Source: an uncultured archaeon (GTDB taxonomy: Archaea > Micrarchaeota > Micrarchaeia > Anstonellales > Anstonellaceae). From it: DNA of 64,000 nt. Numbering within the stretch: position 1 is the stretch's first letter; each line of letters begins with the position of its first letter. The stretch is from assembly GCA_902384555.1 (NCBI GenBank), contig CABMCD010000027.1, forward strand, positions 25,067 to 89,066, given 5' to 3'. The translations under genes were made by a program, and so were the position numbers. The notes beneath the pieces are model-generated. The model saw only the letters and a program-made list of their open reading frames with translations. It made no database searches and was not told the origin of the DNA. This document shows positions 39,601 through 47,356 of this stretch, in pieces.

Positions 39601-40872
39601 ACCTCGCCCACCAAAGAGTCGGCGCAGGGCCCGCTGGGCGACTACCGCTGCTGCCCCGACGGCAAGACCGAGATTTGCACCGGCGACAACACCTGCTGCG
39701 ACCACTGCACGGCCGGCACCGACGGCAAGACCTACTGCTGCCCGGCGCCCAACAACAAGATATACTGCGCGGGGGCCAATGGGCAGGGAGCCTGCTGCGC
39801 CAGCCCCACTTGCACCCCCGGAACGGACGGCTATAACTACTGCTGCGCGGCGCCCAACAACGTGAGCTACTGCCCCGGCAGCCCGCAATGCTGCTCCCAG
39901 AACTGCATCGACGGGCACTGCTGCCAGGACACCCCGCCGGACGCGGACCCGAACGGCAACATGTACAGCGTCGTCTTCTGCGCGGGCGACAACCAGTGCT
40001 GCGGGCACACCTGCTCGTCCGGGCACTGCTGCCCGTTCGATACGCATGGAAACCTGCAGGACTATGTGAACGGCCAGTGCTGCCCAACGGACCAGAAATA
40101 CTATGACTCGAGCGCCGGAAAATACCTGTGCTGCAGCGGGTCACTGTGCAACGGAGAGTGCTGTCAGGCGAGCGGGAAGGTTTGCACGACATATACAGGT
40201 TTGGACGGTAATCCGCACAGCACCTGTTGCCCGCCCGGCCAAGTGGCGGATGCCAGCGGCGTGTGCTGCGACTCTAAAGACCGAGTGGACATTGGCGGCG
40301 TCCTGACCTGCTGCCCGGCCGCCCAGCAATGCCCGGCCGGTGCTCCGACACAGTGCTGTCCGAGCGGACAGAGTTGTGCAACGTATTCGGATTCGTTTGG
40401 AAACCCACAGACTAAATGCTGTCCCGTCGGCCAGCAGGCCTTGGAGGGAAGCGGCCAATGCTGCGACCCGGCCAGCATCCAAACCGTCAACGGCAACCAG
40501 ATTTGCTGCGACGGCTCCGGCCTCAGCGCCTGCATGGTGAACAATGTCGAGGGCACCCCCAATCCCTTCTGCTGCCCGCTGGATGGAAATGGCCAGTGCA
40601 TCATGTCGGTTTGCGGCGGAGCCTGCTGCGACGAGTCCATCGACCCCATAACCAAGGCGCCGCGCAACGTCTGCCACCGGGAACTGACCCCGCCGCAATG
40701 CCTGCCGGGCCTGACATATGACCCCGGACACACCTGCCCCACCCCGCCCAACCCGCCGGGGTCGGTATATTGCGGCAGCGGCGGCATGACCGGAAGCACC
40801 GGATACTGCTGCCCGCCCGGAACCAACTGCTCAGACCCGAATCTGGACCTGAAGAGCTGTATAGTCCAGTAG
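36637..40872 (+). CDS. giant cysteine-rich (about 16% Cys) pilin-like surface glycoprotein, paralog of the upstream gene in its N-terminal domain
   Basis: Start at MGEEERRG|VSSAEFLALAAILF (class III signal-like). The N-terminal ~230 aa aligns with the upstream gene (YWxxQAxPL, IxPGxFxQVY). The following ~1200 aa is dominated by CC dipeptides and repeated CCPxPNNTxYCxGN modules. Confidence 0.75.
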   Translation: MGEEERRGVSSAEFLALAAILFVAALVLSQLLGILPLQGVLFSQSRTYWNAQAYPLKITDWALLVANGTGGDGIYRTEANLSMVLLNPTTSPLTMQAISIGPGNFSQVYDLDTHQWLGPANQLNIRIEPGQKKGLIVQHWRLGPPSSAPLAERFEADQEYQFDVQFTYAGRLESDSAQTAAGQGGILTLQHGSLPLVGQTRYAGIPSGVCPSGTSYCADGSCCGAGQCCGGTCKLPSQYTCDASCTCCPLSQTPCNGVCCPSSQICVNGACQAPNCTSPSFACGRFCCPDNYYCANDSTTDYGQACVRICKSPTNGTCGQWCCPDDQTCNFAGAPSIDTACAPTCAPQVQTSCLGPNWTANCCENVSSVVCANASGTCCDLNVGMACNFLNSSGNFTACCNKTNQQCTTGGCCSNPGGACTTNADCCDGWGCSNGVCSSCPAGWSACCAQPTLLCNFNLSNPDPISSRNWNPGLYQDCCQHNLDNNGNYINESCQGNWFDGTRFWYGCPPDNMLTSTCLNDTACARGPYWYNYTNYSTDGVIYRPWPAGCPSLSSGGYPNNSGCCINNTWDYCNPAEGVYCCPGTYCGPDNKCTYPFTCPSNTVYIDNGDHVDNYWDCCPSGNVSWQNATTAVCCPNPSLMKSFYDPNTGALYSRCCNSANDTLCGANGVCCPAGLCDEVSGTCCGTGMTVCQTGYNANICCNSTTSNCVPNNGPRSYGAYSACCPKGANGNQTTCANGACCDTTTSGMVCTGDGCCNTTSGSGYEICSDQNDTCCGPSPTRECKNELSYTGGYPVALMGSVCCAGDQVACQKQCCSSESNCIPAKCPSINESGSLVMLDCSPKCCENYKGTPPNPQLCGNTTCCYGASSCLQPSDGSSPRCCPSPDFGSTPVLCGGTGECCDVAGGSVCFGTVCCPPPNNTAYCAGNNQCCNQSCSQPGNVCCSGGGGPTPDSLGNYHCCPAPNNTAYCLGNGMCCNESCKAGDLCCTSPTKESAQGPLGDYRCCPDGKTEICTGDNTCCDHCTAGTDGKTYCCPAPNNKIYCAGANGQGACCASPTCTPGTDGYNYCCAAPNNVSYCPGSPQCCSQNCIDGHCCQDTPPDADPNGNMYSVVFCAGDNQCCGHTCSSGHCCPFDTHGNLQDYVNGQCCPTDQKYYDSSAGKYLCCSGSLCNGECCQASGKVCTTYTGLDGNPHSTCCPPGQVADASGVCCDSKDRVDIGGVLTCCPAAQQCPAGAPTQCCPSGQSCATYSDSFGNPQTKCCPVGQQALEGSGQCCDPASIQTVNGNQICCDGSGLSACMVNNVEGTPNPFCCPLDGNGQCIMSVCGGACCDESIDPITKAPRNVCHRELTPPQCLPGLTYDPGHTCPTPPNPPGSVYCGSGGMTGSTGYCCPPGTNCSDPNLDLKSCIVQ
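39360..39910 (+). repeat. tandem coding repeat modules (CCPxPNN[TKV]xYCxGxxxCCxxxC) within the Cys-rich gene
   Basis: At least four copies visible at about 39375, 39511, 39733 and 39838. The tgctgc hexamer is highly recurrent. Confidence 0.6.
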
Positions 40873-40969
40873 AGGCGTTGGAAGCGGGGCCTTTTTATAT
40901 GAAAATTTGAGCAATTTTTCCTAGGCGCGAGGGGTAAAGCTTATATAGTTTGCCGGGGCCTATAAAAAC

Positions 40970-42460
40970 ATGAAATCCCCTATTCCGACCACCAAAAACA
41001 ACGTTGTGCGTGAAGCCGGCCTCAAGGTCGGCGAACTTGGAAAAGACGTCTTGAATTTCGCCACGGCGAATCCGGGCAAGACGGCGGCAGGCGTGGCCTT
41101 TGTGGCCAAGCTCCTGACGCCGGACGTGGCTTCGGCGCAGGACCCCTCGATTGTCAACATCACCCGCGTGGATGGCGCCATCAACAAGGTCATTCCCTTT
41201 GAGGGCGGCACTTACAATATTGTCGGCACGTCCAGCACCGTCACCAAGACCATGTCGCTGGACTCGGTTTACCTGTGCCAGACGGTGGATTTGAATTCCT
41301 CGTCTTCCTTCAAGTTCTTCGGGAACTTGGAAGTGAAGGTGGCCGGCTACGACAACGGCGTGCTGACGCTCAAGCCCGTCAAATCCGCCTATGGAACCAT
41401 CCAAATCCAGAACGGCGACAAGCACGGCGAGTGGACGTTTGAGGTGGCGGAGCAGTCGGCTTCGGTCCTCAAGCTGCGCGCGGTTGCGACCAACCAGACC
41501 GTGAAGCAGGGCGACACCCTGCGCGGCCCGGCGGGCAGCATTGACCTGACCAACGTGCCGTCCCCGGCCTATACGCAGGCGATTATCCGCTCCATCTCGA
41601 ACACGACCATTCCGACTGACCAGGGAGACGTGACGATTGCGAACGGCTTCAAGATTCAGATTGTCCGCGACAGTTTGGCGAAGAACCCGGTGAAGAATGA
41701 CTTCTATGTTTTGAATGGGTCTGGAACCACTGTTATCGGCGAGTTTGTAGTGGACCCCGGCACCAAGAAGGGCTACTACAAGGACACCACGGGCACGACG
41801 GAGTTCAAGAAAAACAGTACTCCGGCAGTCAGTATTAGCGCAACCAATGCCATTAATGCGGCTGGAAAGAGTGCGGATAGTAAACCTATTGTTCAACACT
41901 CGATAAAATTCGATAACACCAGTTCAGACCGCTTGATGTTTGCTATCCAAAATGGCGAGATAGTTAGCCAAACATTCGATTTGGTTCACTCGACAATCAA
42001 GGGTACTACCGTGATTGACTCCCTTATGCAGTCCGGCCTGCTCTCCTACCTCGACCCCGTCTCCAACTTCAAGGACACCGTCGTCACGGGCCAGAACGGC
42101 AAGCTGGAAGTCGTCATCGCCTACAACGGCAACGACCCGCGCAACAACGTCCAGCTCGTGCTGGGCAAGCCGGACTCCAGCGTCACGGACGTGCGGGAGG
42201 GCCCGGCGGGCGCCATCCACGCCGACATCCGCGTCTACCCCAACCCGATTGCGGACCGCGTGATGAACGTCGAGCTGCCTCAGGCCGTTGAGAAGGACCG
42301 CAAGTTCTACATCTACACCCAGCTCGGCCAGCAGGTGGGCGAATTCACCATCCCGGCGGGCGAGCAGGTCGGCCATGTCTTCCTCAAGGACCTGTCCACG
42401 GGCACCTACTTCGTGACCGACGGCAAGCGCGGCCTGCCGATTGTGGTGTTCGACAACTGA
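40970..42460 (+). CDS. secreted/surface protein with N-terminal anchor helix and T9SS-like (Por_Secre_tail-type) C-terminal beta-sandwich domain
   Basis: C-terminal RVYPNPIADRVMNV...FYIYTQLGQQV...GTYFV...KRGLPIVVFDN matches the Bacteroidota C-terminal sorting-domain pattern. Many NxS/T sequons and an N-terminal hydrophobic helix. Confidence 0.6.
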   Translation: MKSPIPTTKNNVVREAGLKVGELGKDVLNFATANPGKTAAGVAFVAKLLTPDVASAQDPSIVNITRVDGAINKVIPFEGGTYNIVGTSSTVTKTMSLDSVYLCQTVDLNSSSSFKFFGNLEVKVAGYDNGVLTLKPVKSAYGTIQIQNGDKHGEWTFEVAEQSASVLKLRAVATNQTVKQGDTLRGPAGSIDLTNVPSPAYTQAIIRSISNTTIPTDQGDVTIANGFKIQIVRDSLAKNPVKNDFYVLNGSGTTVIGEFVVDPGTKKGYYKDTTGTTEFKKNSTPAVSISATNAINAAGKSADSKPIVQHSIKFDNTSSDRLMFAIQNGEIVSQTFDLVHSTIKGTTVIDSLMQSGLLSYLDPVSNFKDTVVTGQNGKLEVVIAYNGNDPRNNVQLVLGKPDSSVTDVREGPAGAIHADIRVYPNPIADRVMNVELPQAVEKDRKFYIYTQLGQQVGEFTIPAGEQVGHVFLKDLSTGTYFVTDGKRGLPIVVFDN

Positions 42461-42530
42461 GCTTCTTTTCTTTTTCAAATTGGCCGCCCGCAAAAACGGC
42501 CTTTTTCTGATTTTTTTCTTTTTCAAAAAA
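42461..42530 (+). terminator. hairpin plus T-tract terminator region
   Basis: ggccgcccgcaaaaacggcc hairpin followed by ttttt and further T-runs between two plus-strand genes. Confidence 0.45.
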
Positions 42531-42546
42531 AACCGAGGCCGAGGAT

Positions 42547-43923
42547 ATGACGTTCAAGGCACCCATCCGCGCATACGTCATGGCCCTCAGCTTTTTGGCC
42601 CTCACCACCGCCTGCGGCATCCTGCCCAAATACGACGTCACGCCCGTGAACCGGCCCAAGGTGACGGACAGCCGCTCCAAATGGATTGGCGAGCGCATGG
42701 ACAGCATCTTGGCCGGCAAAGCCACCCTGAATGACATCACCCGCACGCTGGGAATCGGGACCAACGGCATGCGCGAGGTGAACGGCGGCGTGACCGACCA
42801 GTGGGTGGCCGCGCAGGCATGGGCGAACGGGCAGAAATACAAAAAGGAAGTGCTGGAAGCCGCTTGGAAGGATTTTGAGAACTATTGGAACGACAAGCTG
42901 TCGCTGAGGGTGCTGGGCGCCTGGGCGACGCCGCAGGACGTGAGCTTGAAGCAGTTCCTGCGCATGCAGGACAGCCTGTACGCCGGCGGGTTCAGCCGAA
43001 TCAGCGGAAAAGAGATGGGCGCCAAGCTGGACCGGGCCGCTTGGAAGAAGATACAGAATTCGCATCTCAAAGATTACCCGCTGGCCTGCGCATTCTATTT
43101 TGTCGAGGATTATATCGCCTGCAACGGCACGTGCTCAAACGGGCCCAAGCTGGACGCCGCGCTGGCCGCCCACGAGGCCTTCTGCAGCAAGGTGGTGCTG
43201 GACGGCGCAGCCGAAGTGCTGCATTTGAGCAACAACGGCGAGAACATCCTGAGGCGGGAGGCCAAGACCGAGCTGGACAGCATGGTGGCCTACCAGAATT
43301 TCGGCCACCGGGCCCTCTTCTATCCGGCGCACGTGTGGTTTCTGGCGAAAGCGGCTAGGGCCGGATATTACTTGTGGCAGGGCAGCGGGCAGAAGGATGC
43401 GGCCGGGCGGGACAATGACGGGCGGGACGCGTTTTTGGACAGCATCCAAACCAGCCAAAAACCCCTCTTCGTGGCCGTCGACGGCCACGGCCAGCCGGAC
43501 GAAATCAGCGTCTCCACCGACGCAAAATACACGCTGGCCAAGCTGGAGCTTGGGCCGCTCTACCGGGCGTTCAAGGCGAGGGCCCGCTCGGCGCGCGGAC
43601 AGCCGACCACGGCCATGATTTTCTCCTGCTATGACCATGATTTCGTGAGTGCGCTGCTCGGGCAATGGCGGGCGGATGCCGACCTCAAGAACGTCGAGCC
43701 GCCCGATTTCGTGGTGTTCTCCCGTCCAGGGCAGGAAACGCAGGGCCTGCCGACAAGCGTTTTGAGCGCCATGGCCGAGCACGTGCAAGGCCCCATAACC
43801 GGAGGAGACCTGATGCGCTGGCTGCAGGGCTTCAATTTCGCGCAGGATGAGAAGATAAGGCCGGCGTTCTTTTACGCGCCGCAGCAAGCGCCGGTGCAGG
43901 TGAGCGAATACGGCCAGCGCTGA
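42547..43923 (+). CDS. lipoprotein with C-terminal caspase-like (HG...SC) domain
   Basis: Lipobox LALTTAC|G after a signal helix. FVAVDGHGQPDE...AMIFSCYDHDF with ~47 aa spacing resembles the caspase/clostripain catalytic dyad. Confidence 0.55.
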   Translation: MTFKAPIRAYVMALSFLALTTACGILPKYDVTPVNRPKVTDSRSKWIGERMDSILAGKATLNDITRTLGIGTNGMREVNGGVTDQWVAAQAWANGQKYKKEVLEAAWKDFENYWNDKLSLRVLGAWATPQDVSLKQFLRMQDSLYAGGFSRISGKEMGAKLDRAAWKKIQNSHLKDYPLACAFYFVEDYIACNGTCSNGPKLDAALAAHEAFCSKVVLDGAAEVLHLSNNGENILRREAKTELDSMVAYQNFGHRALFYPAHVWFLAKAARAGYYLWQGSGQKDAAGRDNDGRDAFLDSIQTSQKPLFVAVDGHGQPDEISVSTDAKYTLAKLELGPLYRAFKARARSARGQPTTAMIFSCYDHDFVSALLGQWRADADLKNVEPPDFVVFSRPGQETQGLPTSVLSAMAEHVQGPITGGDLMRWLQGFNFAQDEKIRPAFFYAPQQAPVQVSEYGQR

Positions 43924-44050
43924 GGAGGAAAACGGGCCGGAAGCGGCCCGCTTCATTTATATAGTTTATCAAACAGAGGAGACTCACTTCTCTTTGCCGG
44001 CACGAGGCGAGCCGGAAAGCGGATATAGCGTTTTGTCTAGGTGATTTTGC

Positions 44051-44695
44051 ATGGACAACGAGGCCATTTTGCAGGAAAAGATGAAAGCGCTGAAAACCGG
44101 CACCACCACCGTGGGCCTCACGTGCAGCGACGGCGTCATCCTGGCCTCGGACCGCCGGGCCACCATGGGCTACTTCATCGCCTCCAAGGACGTTCAGAAA
44201 GTGTTCCAAATCGACGACAAAATCGGCATGACGGTGGCCGGTTCGGTGGCCGACGCCCAGTTTCTGGTGCGCCTGCTGCAGGCCGAGTGCCGCCTCTACC
44301 GCCTGCGCCACGGCAAGCCCATGAGCACCAAGAACGCGGCGCAGCTGCTGGCCAACATGATGTTCCAAGTCAAGTATTTCCCCTACTGGGTCCAGCTCAT
44401 CGTGGCCGGATACGACGAGAAGGCGGAAATCTACTCGCTCGACCCCTTGGGCGGCGTGACGGAGGAGAAATACACCTCCACCGGCTCGGGCTCCCCCGTG
44501 GCATATGGTGTCATTGAGGAGGGCTACAAGACCGGCGGCGCCATCAAGGACAATGCCCCGGTGGCGGCCAAGGCCATCGCCATGGCGATGCGCCGCGACG
44601 CGGCCACGGGCGAATACGTCGACGTGGTGACCATCACCAAGTCCGGCTTCAAGCGCCTGGAGAAGAGCGAAGTCGTCAAGATGGTCGAGAACTAA
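44051..44695 (+). CDS. psmB: 20S proteasome beta subunit (archaeal type)
   Basis: Propeptide then GTTTVGLTCSDGVILASDRR with the Thr1 nucleophile context. ~210 aa Ntn hydrolase. Confidence 0.9.
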   Translation: MDNEAILQEKMKALKTGTTTVGLTCSDGVILASDRRATMGYFIASKDVQKVFQIDDKIGMTVAGSVADAQFLVRLLQAECRLYRLRHGKPMSTKNAAQLLANMMFQVKYFPYWVQLIVAGYDEKAEIYSLDPLGGVTEEKYTSTGSGSPVAYGVIEEGYKTGGAIKDNAPVAAKAIAMAMRRDAATGEYVDVVTITKSGFKRLEKSEVVKMVEN

Positions 44696-44820
44696 AAAAG
44701 AAAGCCGAAAGACGATAGGTAATCCTGTCCAGTTATTTTCAATTATTTTGGGAGGCCTGCACAGGGGCCCCAAATCCCCGGTGCAGCTTAGCCCAAATCA
44801 TATTCAGAGAGGTTTTTGAA

Positions 44821-46713
44821 GTGGAATTCAAGGAAATTGAGAAAAAGGCCAACGAAATCGTGCCGGCCGAGTGCAAGCTCACCAAAGTGGACGCCGAAGG
44901 GCTCGACGTCGTGCTCTACCTCAAGGATTTGAAGGCCTTCTATGCGAATGACCAGCTCATCCGCAAGCTGGCCGGCTCTTTGCGCAAGCGGGTGCTGATT
45001 CGCGCCGACCCCTCCGCCCTTCAGGGGGCGGAAGAGTCGCTCAAAGCGATTCGTGAAATCGTGCCGCAGGACGCGGGCGTGGCCGACGTGCGCTTTTCGC
45101 CCGAATTCGGCGAGGTGATGATTGAGGCCCTCAAGCCCGGCTTGGTCATCGGCAAAGGCGGCTCCACGCTCAAGGCCATTGTGGAGCAGACCGGCTGGGC
45201 GCCGCAGGTGCAGCGCCAGCCCACCATGGTGTCCTCCACCGTGAAAGGCGTGCGCTCCTCGATGGTGAAGGAGGCGGCCGCGAGAAAGAAATTCCTCCAG
45301 TCCTTGGGCCGCAAAATCTGCGGGCCGAGCGTCAAGTCCGACTATGTGAAAGTGACGGCCTTGGGCTGGTTTCAGGAAGTGGGCCGCTCCTGCGCGCTGG
45401 TGGAGACGCCGAACACGCGCATCCTCATCGACTGCGGAGTCAATGCCGAATCGTTTGAGCCGGCCAAGGCCTATCCCTATTTGTCGGCCATGAAGCTGGA
45501 ACTGGACAAGATTGACGCCGTGGTGCTCACGCACGCGCACTTGGACCACTGCGGCTTCGTGCCCTACCTCTACGCTTACGGCTATGACGGGCCAGTGTAC
45601 TGCACCCCGCCCACGCGCGATTTGATGGTCCTCTTGCAGATGGACTTCATCAATCTGGCGGCGCGCCAAATGGACGGCAACCCGCCCTATGGAGTCAAGG
45701 ACATCCAGAAGCAGCTGGCCCACACCATCTGCTTTGACTACGGCGAGGTGATGGACATCTCGCCCGAAGTGAAATTGACCTTCTACAATGCCGGCCACAT
45801 TCTGGGCTCGGCGCAGGTGCACCTGCACATCGGCGACGGATTGCACAACCTGGTGTTTTCCGGCGACATCAAGTACGGATTTACCCGCCTCACCGACCAG
45901 GCGGCCACGCAGTTCCCGCGCCTCGAAACCCTGTTTATGGAGTCCACCTACGGCGGGCGCAATGACGTCATGCCCAGCCGTTTTGATTCCGAGAAGCGGC
46001 TCACGGATTTGGTCAAGAGCGTCATCACGCGCAGGGGCAAGGTGCTCATCCCCGTATTCTCGGTGGGCCGCTCGCAGGAAATGATGATGGTGCTCGAAGA
46101 ATTTGCCGCGCGCAACCCGGACCTCAACTTCCCCGTGTACATCGACGGCATGGTGCTGGAGGCCTCGGCGATTCACACCGCCTACCCCGAATATTTGAGG
46201 CACAACATCCAGAGGCGCGTGTTGTCCAACGACTCGCCCTTTGAATCGAAAATCTTCGTGCCGGCCAAGGGCGAGCGCAAGGAAGTGGTGGAGGGCGACC
46301 CGTGCGTGGTGCTGGCGCCGTCCGGCATGATGACCGGCGGGCCGGTGCTGGACTACTTCCGCATGATGGCCGACGACCCCAAGAACGCGCTGCTGTTCGT
46401 GGGCTACCAGTCCTCGCTCTCGATTGGGCGCAAAATCCAGCGCGGCGTGAAGGAGATTCCGGTGGCCGGCGACGACGGGCGGGCCAGTTCCATCAAAATC
46501 AACATGGAAGTGTGCACCGTGGAGGGCTTTTCGGGCCACTCCGACCGCAACCAGCTGATGCACTTCGTGAAGGCGATTCGGCCCTCGCCGCAGAAGGTGT
46601 TCACCCTGCATGGCGACGAGAACAAGTGCGAGGATTTGGCGCGCTCGATTTCGAGGGCCTACAACGTCGAGGCCAGAGCCCCGATGGACTTGGACTCGAT
46701 TCGGCTGCGCTAA
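44821..46713 (+). CDS. archaeal CPSF1/FttA-like ribonuclease (KH domains + metallo-beta-lactamase + beta-CASP)
   Basis: N-terminal KH (VIGKGGSTLKAI), HAHLDHCG MBL motif, beta-CASP region and C-terminal RMB-like segment. GTG start. Confidence 0.88.
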   Translation: MEFKEIEKKANEIVPAECKLTKVDAEGLDVVLYLKDLKAFYANDQLIRKLAGSLRKRVLIRADPSALQGAEESLKAIREIVPQDAGVADVRFSPEFGEVMIEALKPGLVIGKGGSTLKAIVEQTGWAPQVQRQPTMVSSTVKGVRSSMVKEAAARKKFLQSLGRKICGPSVKSDYVKVTALGWFQEVGRSCALVETPNTRILIDCGVNAESFEPAKAYPYLSAMKLELDKIDAVVLTHAHLDHCGFVPYLYAYGYDGPVYCTPPTRDLMVLLQMDFINLAARQMDGNPPYGVKDIQKQLAHTICFDYGEVMDISPEVKLTFYNAGHILGSAQVHLHIGDGLHNLVFSGDIKYGFTRLTDQAATQFPRLETLFMESTYGGRNDVMPSRFDSEKRLTDLVKSVITRRGKVLIPVFSVGRSQEMMMVLEEFAARNPDLNFPVYIDGMVLEASAIHTAYPEYLRHNIQRRVLSNDSPFESKIFVPAKGERKEVVEGDPCVVLAPSGMMTGGPVLDYFRMMADDPKNALLFVGYQSSLSIGRKIQRGVKEIPVAGDDGRASSIKINMEVCTVEGFSGHSDRNQLMHFVKAIRPSPQKVFTLHGDENKCEDLARSISRAYNVEARAPMDLDSIRLR

Positions 46714-46737
46714 AAAAAAGAAAAAATCCGTTTGTTT

Positions 46738-47265
46738 TTACAAGGCTTCTTTTACGGCTTTCATTACGGCCTCGTAGTTGGGATGCGTGCCGGTTTCTTT
46801 CACATACTCCACGTGCACCAGCCTGCCGTTCGAATCAACCACGAATACGGCCCGGCCCAGCAGGCGCACCTCTTTGATGAAGGTGCCCCACGCCTTGCCG
46901 AAATAGGCGTGCTGGTGGTCGGAGAGGAAGTGGGCGTTGGCCGGCGGGGCCTTGCCGCAGAAGCGATACTGGGCGAAGGGCAAATCCATCGAGACGGTGA
47001 TGAGCGCCACCTTGCCCTCCATCTTGGCGATTTCCTCCTCAAAGCGCTTGGTCTGCGCCGAGCAGACGCCCGTGTCGAGCGAGGGGACGGAGGAGACGAT
47101 TTTGACGGGGGCGTGAATCGAGGAGAAGCGCACCGCCTTGAGGTCGGAATTGGTGGCCTCGAAATCGGGAGCCGGGTCGCCCACCTGCAGGTGCGGGCCG
47201 ACCTGCGTCATGGGGTGTCCACCGAAAATGACGGCTTCCTTGCGCTCGTATGCCATAAGTATCAC
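46738..47265 (-). CDS. tpx: thiol peroxidase (Tpx-type atypical 2-Cys peroxiredoxin)
   Basis: SVPSLDTGVCSAQ peroxidatic Cys motif and resolving Cys in YRFCGK. Confidence 0.8.
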   Translation of the reverse strand: MILMAYERKEAVIFGGHPMTQVGPHLQVGDPAPDFEATNSDLKAVRFSSIHAPVKIVSSVPSLDTGVCSAQTKRFEEEIAKMEGKVALITVSMDLPFAQYRFCGKAPPANAHFLSDHQHAYFGKAWGTFIKEVRLLGRAVFVVDSNGRLVHVEYVKETGTHPNYEAVMKAVKEAL

Positions 47266-47356
47266 CAGCGGGCTATGGGACTTATGAGTTATATATCATG
47301 AGGTCAGAGGTTGGCTCTGGGCAGGAGTTATATTCTTTTATTGGCCATAGAGCAGC

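Noticed and set aside
36571-40047. 1158-aa minus-strand ORF plus several long alternative-frame ORFs (37478..38179, 38205..38933, 39146..40192 etc.) overlapping the Cys-rich gene
   Set aside because: Ala/Gly/Arg/Val-rich low-complexity translations typical of antisense or off-frame reading of GC-rich repetitive DNA. The plus-strand frame has coherent domain architecture and a signal peptide.
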